A DNA stretch of 64,000 nucleotides from NCBI GenBank assembly GCA_965224705.1, contig OZ245056.1, forward strand, positions 1,120,001 to 1,184,000, written 5' to 3'. Made by a program: the position numbers and the translations under genes. This stretch comes from Spirochaetaceae bacterium (GTDB lineage: Bacteria > Spirochaetota > Spirochaetia > DSM-2461). Below are positions 1 through 8,510 of the stretch, one piece after another. How positions within the stretch are numbered: position 1 is the first letter of the stretch; each line of letters opens with the position of its first letter. The notes beneath the pieces were generated by a model that was given only the letters and a program-made list of their open reading frames with translations, had not been told where the DNA came from and did no database searches.

Positions 1-808
1 CAATGTCAGCACCAACGCCTGGGATACATCCAACAAAGGCTCCTAAAGAACCGTAAACAGTTCCGCTTTTAAAAATAATCTTCCAATCCGATTTTTTGGG
101 AAAGACATGAGAAACTTTTTTTGTCACAACCGATTTTTTAAACATCTCTTCCACGCCGATGAAAGCCTGGCTCAATGCAAATAATCCAATCATGACAGGA
201 ATAAAATTGACTCCGCTAAAAAGATTCATGGAATTAAAACTAAACCGCATGACTCCCGTAATTTTGTCGATCCCTATTGTCGCTATAAGGATGCCAAAAC
301 AGCCGCTTAACAAACCCTTTAGCATTGATTTCCCGGAAATTGAAGAGATTATGCAAAGACCGAAAACAGCGAGCATAAAAAATTCTGGAGCACTGAATTT
401 GAGAGCAAACTTAGCCAGTACAGGTGATACAAAGATGAGGTAAATACCGCTGATTAGTCCACCTATAAAAGAACTGGATGTCGCAATTCCCAGTGCCCGC
501 CCGCCACTTCCGTTTTTAGCCATTTGATAACCGTCAATTGCCGTTGCCGCAGAAGCCGGTGTCCCGGGGGTATTCAGCAATATGGCCGAAATAGATCCCC
601 CATAAACTGCTCCAACATATACCCCAAGCAAAAGAAGAATACTCTGTACGGCTTCCATTCCAAAGGTCAGCGGTAAAACAAGAGCGACCCCCATTGTGGT
701 TGTAAGACCAGGAAGGCAGCCGATACAAATTCCACTGGCAACTCCAAAAACAATATATAAAATTACAGACGGCTGGATAATAAGTTGAAGTGCTTCCAAA
801 TACACCAT
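1..808 (-). CDS. tctA: Tripartite tricarboxylate transporter large permease TctA (runs off the left edge)
   Basis: Not in the ORF track. Manual translation from ATG 808 gives MVYLEALQ...GCLPGLTTTMGVALVLP...YGGSISAILLNTPGTPASAATAIDGY, the TctA signature. GGAG RBS upstream; follows tctC/tctB. Confidence 0.92.
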   Translation of the reverse strand, partial: MVYLEALQLIIQPSVILYIVFGVASGICIGCLPGLTTTMGVALVLPLTFGMEAVQSILLLLGVYVGAVYGGSISAILLNTPGTPASAATAIDGYQMAKNGSGGRALGIATSSSFIGGLISGIYLIFVSPVLAKFALKFSAPEFFMLAVFGLCIISSISGKSMLKGLLSGCFGILIATIGIDKITGVMRFSFNSMNLFSGVNFIPVMIGLFALSQAFIGVEEMFKKSVVTKKVSHVFPKKSDWKIIFKSGTVYGSLGAFVGCIPGVGADI

Positions 809-814
809 TGACTC

Positions 815-1261
815 CTACAGTAAAAAACCAAATCTGAATGGAACTTTCAAAACATATTTAAAAATACAATAAACTATGATTGTAACAGTCAGAGCAGTAG
901 CGATATTTGTATACCATTTATGTTTACCAAACCAGGATAAAAAAACAAAAAGTACAAGAAAAGTTGCCGTACAAAACCCCACATAATACATAACAATGAA
1001 ATACGCTATCAGAGTGAGCATTGTCACATAAACACGCAAATTCTCGGGCTTCAGAACACTCCTTTCTTCCCTATCCGGTTTTAAGAATGTTTTTACGCAT
1101 AGGGCGACTGCTGTTAACAACATAATACCTGCTATCAGCATTGGCCACGCCCCCGGCCCCGGAACACCTTCTTTAGAGGGGGGGAGTTGCAATGCAAAAA
1201 ACATCGTTGAGAGTGCTAATAGCAGAAAAATTCCTGAAGAAATCAGATTTATTTTTTTCAT
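815..1261 (-). CDS. tctB: Tripartite tricarboxylate transporter small permease TctB
   Basis: 148 aa, about 4 hydrophobic helices, GPGAWP motif, between tctC and tctA. Confidence 0.88.
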   Translation of the reverse strand: MKKINLISSGIFLLLALSTMFFALQLPPSKEGVPGPGAWPMLIAGIMLLTAVALCVKTFLKPDREERSVLKPENLRVYVTMLTLIAYFIVMYYVGFCTATFLVLFVFLSWFGKHKWYTNIATALTVTIIVYCIFKYVLKVPFRFGFLL

Positions 1262-1282
1262 TTAACCCTTCATTAAACTCTG

Positions 1283-1336
1283 GCCTGTCGGACTTACGTC
1301 TCACGGCTCGAAGTCTTAAAGTCCGACAGATTCCTA
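1283..1336. repeat. Internally deleted copy of the CTAG-flanked miniature inverted-repeat element
   Basis: ctgtcggactt (1285-1295)...aagtccgacag (1319-1329). Matches both ends of the element at 40511-40679, joined at the microhomology ctcga. Confidence 0.75.
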
Positions 1337-1351
1337 TGACCTGATTACGCC

Positions 1352-2308
1352 TTAAAGATTGCTTATGAGATTCCCGTAAAACTCATTTTCTCTTTCGAGT
1401 TTCAAGGCAAAATCATCCGCTTCAATAATTTCGATGTCATTGTTTGTATTGCGCATAAATTCAATAAAGGTATCGGTTTTGACAGCCTTAAGTATTGAAT
1501 CGGTCAAATACGTAACAATGGTATCCGGTGTTCCCTCAGGAACGCAATAACCTCTCCATGTACCAATAACAACATCATATCCAAGCTCTTTGGCTGTTGG
1601 TACACCTGGGGCATCAGCAAGTCTTTCGGGAGCCAATACTGCAAGTGATTTCAATGCTCCGGCATCAACTTGAGATGCGACTTCCGCATAGGACACCGAA
1701 ACTCCATCAAGATGATCTCCCAGAAGGGAGGTGATTGCAGCCGAGGAACCATCGTAAGGAACATGGACAAATTCAACGCCTGCGGCTTGCTCCATACCAA
1801 CCCCGGCCAGATGCCAAATAGAACCAACTCCCGAATTACCGAGCTGAAGTTTCTGAGCTTTTGCCGCTGCAATCAATTCTTCCAGAGTATTGTAAGGAGA
1901 ATCAGCAGGTACCGTAATGGCCGCATAACCAGAATTGACAATGGCGAGAGGGATGAACCGGGTGTAGTCAAGATCACCGCCATTTCCAGAATGAGGCAGC
2001 ATAACAAGCTCAGGAGCTACCATTGTGACAACCTGACCATCCGGTTTGGCGTTCATTCCGTATGACATGCCAACAGCTCCAGCACCGCCGGTTCTGTTTT
2101 CTACAGCAATCCCATCCGGAAAATCAGCCTTTGCAGCTTCAGCAAGAGCCCGACTCACATTGTCAGAACCGCCCCCGGCGGAATAAGGACAAATAATCGT
2201 GACTGGACCGTTCGGGTAGGAGACAGTATCACCCTCCGATGAACCGTTGGCAAATACCCCCGTTAAAGCAACAGCCCCCATCACAAACAAAACAACGATC
2301 TTTCTCAT
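1352..2308 (-). CDS. tctC: Tripartite tricarboxylate transporter substrate-binding protein TctC (Bug family)
   Basis: Signal peptide, PYSAGGGSD, VENRTGGAGAVG and HVPYDGSS motifs. Confidence 0.92.
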   Translation of the reverse strand: MRKIVVLFVMGAVALTGVFANGSSEGDTVSYPNGPVTIICPYSAGGGSDNVSRALAEAAKADFPDGIAVENRTGGAGAVGMSYGMNAKPDGQVVTMVAPELVMLPHSGNGGDLDYTRFIPLAIVNSGYAAITVPADSPYNTLEELIAAAKAQKLQLGNSGVGSIWHLAGVGMEQAAGVEFVHVPYDGSSAAITSLLGDHLDGVSVSYAEVASQVDAGALKSLAVLAPERLADAPGVPTAKELGYDVVIGTWRGYCVPEGTPDTIVTYLTDSILKAVKTDTFIEFMRNTNNDIEIIEADDFALKLERENEFYGNLISNL

Positions 2309-2401
2309 AAATAACCTCCGATAAATTTTTAACTTGTTCTACAAGTTTTTTTCATATATATAAAGAAGCAGCAAAACAGCCGTTTCCTGATAACTCTTTT
2401 A

Positions 2402-3496
2402 CTACCTCTGAACCCGCCCCGAAGCATCCCCTTTCATCAGAAGTTCCACCTCACCAAGTAGCGAAAAGTTGTAATCCCCGTTAATACTGTGACACAGACA
2501 CGAGGCGGCCGCCGCGAATTGCAGGGCTTTCTGCGGGTCGGAATACTCGCTTGAAGTGAGCGCATAAATCAGTCCAGCCGCAAAGGAGTCTCCTCCGCCG
2601 ACCCGGTCGACAATGTTTCGGATTTGGTAAGGCTGATAACTTCCGTCCGGTCCGTTCGGAGCAAAAAACGCTTTGCCGCCTTCCCTGTCGTAGAGCATGG
2701 CTCCCCAATTGTTGTGCGAGGCCGAAATACTCTCCCGAAGTGTTGTTGCAACTGTCTTGATTTTGGGGAAGCGTTTCATAATTTCCTTTGCAACGCTCAC
2801 ATAACCTTCGTGGGCGATTTGTCCCTGGTTAATGTCTGTGGAATCGGCGTGAATATCCAGAATATCTGCCGAATCCTCTTCGTTAGCGATCAAAACATCC
2901 ACATAATTTAAAACGTCCGGCATAACCTGTCCGGCCAGATCTTTCGCCGACAACGGCGAATTCCAGTTCCACAGTTTTTTACGAAAGTTTAAGTCGCAGG
3001 AAACCGTAATACCCCGTTTTTGCGCTTCGGCACAAAAGGCTATTGTGTTATCGGCAGATTGCCTGGACAGGGCCGGTGTAATCCCCGAAACGTGAAACCA
3101 CCCCGCATCGGCAAAAATACAATCCATATCAAACTCGTCAATAGCGGCCAGACTGATCGCCGAATACTCCCGGTCGTAGATAACCTGGCTGGGCCGCTGG
3201 TTGGCACCGCTTTCCACGTAATAGAGCCCCAGCCTTCCCGGTCTGCGGACAATGTACTGCGTGTCCACGCCGATTCCCCGGAGTTGATTGACACAGGCAT
3301 CACCTATCTGATTTTTGGGGAGGGCTGTCACAAAGCGCGCCTTTTGCCCCATATAGGCATTAGAAACCGCCACATTGGCCTCCGATCCGGCAAATGAGTA
3401 GCGGATCATTCCCGGTAGATTCTGTATGTACTTCATCTGGTGCGGCATATCCATCCGACCCATAATCTCCCCAAAGGTGACAATCGTTTTTTCCAT
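2402..3496 (-). CDS. kdgK: 2-dehydro-3-deoxygluconokinase (PfkB family)
   Basis: VTFGEIM, GSEANVA, DLNFRKKLW, IVDRVGGGDSFAAG. ATG at 3496 overlaps the eda stop (TGATG). Confidence 0.88.
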   Translation of the reverse strand: MEKTIVTFGEIMGRMDMPHQMKYIQNLPGMIRYSFAGSEANVAVSNAYMGQKARFVTALPKNQIGDACVNQLRGIGVDTQYIVRRPGRLGLYYVESGANQRPSQVIYDREYSAISLAAIDEFDMDCIFADAGWFHVSGITPALSRQSADNTIAFCAEAQKRGITVSCDLNFRKKLWNWNSPLSAKDLAGQVMPDVLNYVDVLIANEEDSADILDIHADSTDINQGQIAHEGYVSVAKEIMKRFPKIKTVATTLRESISASHNNWGAMLYDREGGKAFFAPNGPDGSYQPYQIRNIVDRVGGGDSFAAGLIYALTSSEYSDPQKALQFAAAASCLCHSINGDYNFSLLGEVELLMKGDASGRVQR

Positions 3497-4140
3497 CAAA
3501 AACGTTTCCCGACCGCCGCTGCCTTTGCTGCATTTTGTTCAATCCGATCCCAATCACCGGCTTCTATAAGCGTTCTGGAAGCAATCCACGAACCGCCGAC
3601 CGCCCCAATCATCTCCTGGGACAGGTATTCGGCCAAATTGGACTGACTCACTCCGCCAAGTGGAATATACCTTAGCCCCAAATGTGCGTAAGGTGCGTTT
3701 ATGCTTTTCAGGTATTTCAATCCCCCCATCGGCTCAGCCGGAAAGAATTTCAGCAGCCTGACACCGTATTCCAGGGCAGTTTCAATCTCCGACGGAGTTG
3801 CAACACCCGGAAAAAACGGGAGTCCGGCCTTTCCGGCTCTGTCCATGACCCGCCTGTTAAGCCCCGGCGCAACGGCGAAAGCCGCCCCAAGACCACAAAC
3901 CATATCAACCTGATCCGGTTCAATCACGGTTCCGATTCCCAAAAGCATCTGCGGGTATTCAGAAGCAACCAGTTTGACTGCATCCGCCGAATACGGACTG
4001 CGCAGGGCCAGTTCAACGGTGCTGACCCCGCCTTTCAGCAAAGCCTCAATGGTTGGACGAACCTCCTTTTCGCTTTTAAAAACAGTCACAGCGACAATCT
4101 TTTCTGCTAGAATCTTATCCTCAGCGGAAGACTTACCCAT
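3496..4140 (-). CDS. eda: KDPG/KHG aldolase
   Basis: GIGTV, PGVATPSEI, LKFFPAE and PLGGV motifs. ATG at 4140 preferred over TTG at 4149. Confidence 0.9.
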   Translation of the reverse strand: MGKSSAEDKILAEKIVAVTVFKSEKEVRPTIEALLKGGVSTVELALRSPYSADAVKLVASEYPQMLLGIGTVIEPDQVDMVCGLGAAFAVAPGLNRRVMDRAGKAGLPFFPGVATPSEIETALEYGVRLLKFFPAEPMGGLKYLKSINAPYAHLGLRYIPLGGVSQSNLAEYLSQEMIGAVGGSWIASRTLIEAGDWDRIEQNAAKAAAVGKRF

Positions 4141-4861
4141 GAATTTCAAACTCCTTTCTAATTTTTTCGACGGTCCGTATCAGCGGTTCGCTGAACGACT
4201 TTAGTTTTTCCGTTGTCTCCAGAAGCGTTGCTGTTACGCTGATAGCCAGATCGATACCACCCAGACGAAAAGCCACTCCAATGCACTGAATATTCTTTTC
4301 ATCCTGTTCGACTTCCAGTGAATAGCCCTGATTTTTAAACTGCTCAATTTCCTTCTTTAGCAGAGCCGTATCGGTCACCGTGTGCTCTGTGGAAGCAGCC
4401 AGTTCCTCCTGGTCGAAATAAGCATCCAGTTCATCTGGACCGAACAGCATTAAAATCGCCCGCCCCGCACCGGTCTGGTACAGCCTGAGTTCGTTGCCGA
4501 TCCTTGACTTCAAAGCAAAGGAACCGCTTCCTTCCACTTTATCTATGTAAAAGGCCGAATACCCGATGCGCTGGACAAGGTGAACAGTCTCCTCAATTTC
4601 CTGCGACAAACCAATCAGATACGGATGAATTAAGTCGACATAGCGCTGATGCTTGTACTCGGCATTCATCCACCGAACAATGACCGGTCCCAGTACGTAC
4701 AGATCTCCGTTTTTTGCCAGAACCCGAAGATTGGTCAGCTTCTGCAGAGTCCGGTACACGGTCGTCTGGGGCAAAGCCGAGCTTTCCACAATGTCCGTCA
4801 TTGTCAATCCGTCCTCGCTTCGAAACACCGTATTGATAATTTTGATGTCCCTATCATTCAT
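4133..4861 (-). CDS. IclR-family transcriptional regulator
   Basis: N-terminal HTH (LPQTTVYRTLQKL), ETVHL, TGAGRAIL; 242 aa. Confidence 0.88.
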   Translation of the reverse strand: MNDRDIKIINTVFRSEDGLTMTDIVESSALPQTTVYRTLQKLTNLRVLAKNGDLYVLGPVIVRWMNAEYKHQRYVDLIHPYLIGLSQEIEETVHLVQRIGYSAFYIDKVEGSGSFALKSRIGNELRLYQTGAGRAILMLFGPDELDAYFDQEELAASTEHTVTDTALLKKEIEQFKNQGYSLEVEQDEKNIQCIGVAFRLGGIDLAISVTATLLETTEKLKSFSEPLIRTVEKIRKEFEIHG

Positions 4862-4884
4862 GCAGGCTCACAGTCGATTTTAAC

Positions 4885-4946
4885 TTCCGTTTTTCGGAAC
4901 TATATTTCCGATATAAGGATTGTAGCACATCTGCAAAATCTGTCAA
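4885..4946 (-). promoter_or_regulatory. Sigma70-type promoter of the IclR-eda-kdgK-tct operon with candidate IclR operators
   Basis: Minus strand TTGACA (4941-4946)-N16-TACAAT (4919-4924) with TGn extension. Palindrome TTCCG-N5-CGGAA at 4885-4899 and a near copy at 4906-4920. Confidence 0.65.
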
Positions 4947-5171
4947 GTTTTTTTTGAAAATTTTTAATAATTAGTAAGTAATAGGAAAAACTATCTTCCG
5001 ACACAGAATCACACGGTGATCCGGGATAAGAACTCAGGAAATTGAGTTTGCTATCAGCAAGAAAGGCGGAATTCAATGAGAGAAATATGTGAAAAAGAGA
5101 TTTTTATCGCTTTTTCTATTACATAATAATTTTTTTTGGTGTACCCTGCATCGTATAAAAGGGTAAATCTC

Positions 5172-5200
5172 AGGAGTCTGTCGGACTTTAAGACTCCGAG
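5172..5200. repeat. Single end of the CTAG-flanked miniature element
   Basis: aggagtctgtcggactttaag is the reverse complement of the element end at 40657-40677. Confidence 0.6.
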
Positions 5201-5373
5201 ATGGTTCCGCCTCTCACTACTGTCAGCAGACCTTATTTGAACTCGGTATCCCTGCGGCAGAGTCTGTGCTGGGATACTCGAAAGGTTTTACTGAATACCA
5301 CGCTCATCCAGCGGACCTCTTCATCGCCCTAATAAAAAAATCCCCGATAGGGGAAAAGTATAAGGAGTTACTT

Positions 5374-6711
5374 ATGAAACGTTTTCTCCTGACAGTCCTG
5401 GCAATGCTGGCACTGGCTGTCGGATTATTTGCTAACGGTAAAGCGGAGTCCTCCGATCCGGATGGTCCGGTAACACTGACCTATTGGCATCTCTGGGGCG
5501 GTTCGCGTACGGAACTGATTGACCAGTTGATTGCTGATTATATCGCCAAGAATCCCAATGTAACGATTGAAGCGACCTTCACCCCTCCGAATGAGCTGCA
5601 GAAAAAAGTTGTCCAGGCAGCGGGTACCGGCACTTTACCTGACGTGGTTCAGATACATTCCGGTTGGTACGATGCCCTGATGCCCGAGACGACATTAACC
5701 AATCTGGATGATTATCTGAAAGCAGATAACATCGTCATCGAAGATGTGCTCGTTGCCGCTGAAGCAGAACGCAGCTACTACGACGGCAGTGTTTACAGTC
5801 TCCCCAATGTAAACGCAGGAGCCCAGGGATTATTCTTCTATAACAAAGATCTTATGACAAAAGCCGGTCTGGATCCTGTTACGGATGCTCCGACAGACTG
5901 GAACTCCTTCCTTGAGGTCAGCAAAACCCTCGTAGAGAAACTCAATGGAGATCAGCTTGATGTAATTGCCTGGGATCCCTACCAGATGGCAGGGCAGCCG
6001 GCAACAATCATTTTCAGCTATGGTGCCGGTGCACCTACTGTTTCCGACGATGGAACCAGATCCAACCTTAATTCTCCGGGTGTTCTGACTACAGCCAGAG
6101 CCTTCGAAGAATACGTTGATACCGTTTACGGCAAGTTCGGCGGCTACAAAGCGATTCTGGAATGGAACAGCCGGGTTGCCGGAGCCGACACCGGTGCTGC
6201 CCAGGTTCAGGCATTCATTAATGAAGGACAGGCATTCTATGTTTCAGGCTCCTGGACTATCGGACAGGTGAAATCAGGAAATGAGGACATGGAATTCGGT
6301 ATTATTCCTGTTCCAGGATTCAATGGCCCTCATGGTGGTACAGCCAAGAATGGCTGGTCATATGCGGTCAGCGGCAGTTCCAAACAGAAACAGGCTGCTT
6401 TTGAATTCCTGAAATTCATCACGCTGGCTGAAGAAGGAAACGGCGCATTCTGTATCGCACAGGGTCGTCCCTGCCCCATTTCTGCAGTCAATGAAGATCC
6501 TGCATTCGCAGCAATGGGTGACATGTGGACCAACCTTGTGGCTTCAATGAATACCGATATTGTACCTGCTGCACCGGACATCCATCAGGATGCCCTGAAA
6601 CCCTGGCTCCGGGATGTTCCCAACAGACGAATAGCCGGTGAATCCATCGAAGATATCTACGCATCCATCCATGCACAGTACCAGGACTATCTGGACGATC
6701 TGTACAACTGA
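5374..6711 (+). CDS. Carbohydrate ABC transporter substrate-binding protein (CUT1)
   Basis: AAGGAG RBS before ATG 5374, signal peptide MKRFLL...LFANG, motifs GTLPDV and LFFYNKDL. Confidence 0.9.
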   Translation: MKRFLLTVLAMLALAVGLFANGKAESSDPDGPVTLTYWHLWGGSRTELIDQLIADYIAKNPNVTIEATFTPPNELQKKVVQAAGTGTLPDVVQIHSGWYDALMPETTLTNLDDYLKADNIVIEDVLVAAEAERSYYDGSVYSLPNVNAGAQGLFFYNKDLMTKAGLDPVTDAPTDWNSFLEVSKTLVEKLNGDQLDVIAWDPYQMAGQPATIIFSYGAGAPTVSDDGTRSNLNSPGVLTTARAFEEYVDTVYGKFGGYKAILEWNSRVAGADTGAAQVQAFINEGQAFYVSGSWTIGQVKSGNEDMEFGIIPVPGFNGPHGGTAKNGWSYAVSGSSKQKQAAFEFLKFITLAEEGNGAFCIAQGRPCPISAVNEDPAFAAMGDMWTNLVASMNTDIVPAAPDIHQDALKPWLRDVPNRRIAGESIEDIYASIHAQYQDYLDDLYN

Positions 6712-6768
6712 TTAAAAACAGCAGCCCGGGAGTATCCACCCCCGGGTTCCTTTACAGAGGTAAAGACT

Positions 6769-7668
6769 ATGTCCAACCGCATTGAAGGCCCGGCCCAGGT
6801 ACAGGTAAGGACAGTGCTGCTCTTTCTGGCTCCCTGGCTGCTCTCTCTGGTCGTCTTCTGGTACGGGCCGATTCTGTACACCGTGATATTGAGCTTCATG
6901 AAATACCGCCTTATTGGCGGAGGGCGGTTCATCGGTTTTGCCAACTATGTGGAAACGTTCACCGATCCTTTTTTCTGGAAAGGCCTGTCCAATACTTTCG
7001 TTTTCACATTGATGTTCATACCGGCGAATTTTGCTCTCGGACTGCTGACGGCATGGCTTCTGTCATCCGATATACCGGCCAGGGGTCTTTTCCGGAGCAT
7101 TATCTATATTCCGGCCGTACTTCCGGTGATAGCGATACTGGTCCTTGGAAAATTCCTGTTCTATCCCAACGGATTGGTCAACAGCTTCCTGGAACTGTTC
7201 GGCATTCCCGGGCCCTTCTGGCTTTCCAATCCCAGACTGATCAAGCCCACATCAGTACTGCTGATGATCTGGCAGTGCGGAACATCAATGGTAATCTATC
7301 TGGGAGCACTGAAAGCAGTTCCCGGCCATTACTATGAAGCTGCCGAGATTGACGGTCTCAACCGTTTCGGACAATTCCTGAAGATAACCATACCGATGAT
7401 TTCTCCGACGATTTTCTTCCGTGCGATCATGGATCTGATCTTCGGTTTAATGATATTCATTCCCGGACTGGTACTGCCGGAAGGCAATGTCCCGGGTGGC
7501 CCAGGGAATGCATCCCGATTCTATGCATTGCACCTGTATGAGAAAGCATTCCAGCGATTCAACCTGGGCGAGGCATCAACTCTGGCAACCATTCTTATCA
7601 TTATCAGTTTTCTCATCACATTCCTGATTATGAGAACCAGTGAACGATTCGTTCACTATGAGACGTAA
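6769..7668 (+). CDS. Carbohydrate ABC transporter permease
   Basis: FIGFANY, EAA loop YEAAEIDG, hydrophobic helices. Confidence 0.92.
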   Translation: MSNRIEGPAQVQVRTVLLFLAPWLLSLVVFWYGPILYTVILSFMKYRLIGGGRFIGFANYVETFTDPFFWKGLSNTFVFTLMFIPANFALGLLTAWLLSSDIPARGLFRSIIYIPAVLPVIAILVLGKFLFYPNGLVNSFLELFGIPGPFWLSNPRLIKPTSVLLMIWQCGTSMVIYLGALKAVPGHYYEAAEIDGLNRFGQFLKITIPMISPTIFFRAIMDLIFGLMIFIPGLVLPEGNVPGGPGNASRFYALHLYEKAFQRFNLGEASTLATILIIISFLITFLIMRTSERFVHYET

Positions 7669-7672
7669 TCCC

Positions 7673-8506
7673 ATGAAAGCAAGATCCAGAGATAAGCTGA
7701 TAACCCTGATCGTAACGATACTGATCAGTCTTGTATTCCTCTCCCCTTTTGCCTATCTGATATCAACAGCTTTGAAAAGCGTGGATCAACTCCTGAAAGA
7801 ACCCAGAGCACTATTCCCGCTGCCGCTTCACTTTGAGAACTTTCTGACGGTCGTGCGTCAGTATCCTATACACATCTATTTCTTGAATACCATTCTGGTT
7901 GTTATTGGTTCCATTATCGGGAATGTGCTGGTCAGTACTCTGGCCGGTTATGCACTGTCCAGGCTTACATTCAAAGGACGGGAATTCCTTTTCAACCTGA
8001 CATTGGCGACGATGTTCATGCCCTTATTTCTTCTGGTTATACCCCGTTTCATAATCTTCCAGAAAATGGGTGTGATAGGCACACTCTGGCCGCTGATACT
8101 CCCATCTGCATTCGGATCCCCATTCTGCATTTTTCTGATACGGCAGTACTTGAGAAGCATACCGATGGAACTCAGTGAAGCAGCCAAAGTGGACGGCTGC
8201 AGCGAGTTCGTAATATACAGCAGGATAATTCTGCCTCTGGCAAAACCCGTTATCGCTACCGTGGTTATTTTCACCACACAGTGGAGATGGAATGACTTCA
8301 TCGAACCCCTGATCTACCTGCCCAGCCAGAAGCTCTACACAATCACAATGGGACTGTATACCGTTCTGGGAACCAGTGCAGAAGAGATAAACATCCATCT
8401 GGTAATGGCATTCCTTATTATCGCGATTCTCCCGATATTGCTGGTGTTCCTGATTGCCCAGCGGCAATTCGTGGAAGGTACCGCATCAACCGGACTGAAA
8501 GGTTAA
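7673..8506 (+). CDS. Carbohydrate ABC transporter permease
   Basis: AGYALSRL, IPMELSEAAKVDG, WNDFIEPL. ATG 7673 lies just after the previous stop. Confidence 0.92.
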   Translation: MKARSRDKLITLIVTILISLVFLSPFAYLISTALKSVDQLLKEPRALFPLPLHFENFLTVVRQYPIHIYFLNTILVVIGSIIGNVLVSTLAGYALSRLTFKGREFLFNLTLATMFMPLFLLVIPRFIIFQKMGVIGTLWPLILPSAFGSPFCIFLIRQYLRSIPMELSEAAKVDGCSEFVIYSRIILPLAKPVIATVVIFTTQWRWNDFIEPLIYLPSQKLYTITMGLYTVLGTSAEEINIHLVMAFLIIAILPILLVFLIAQRQFVEGTASTGLKG

Positions 8507-8510
8507 TTAC

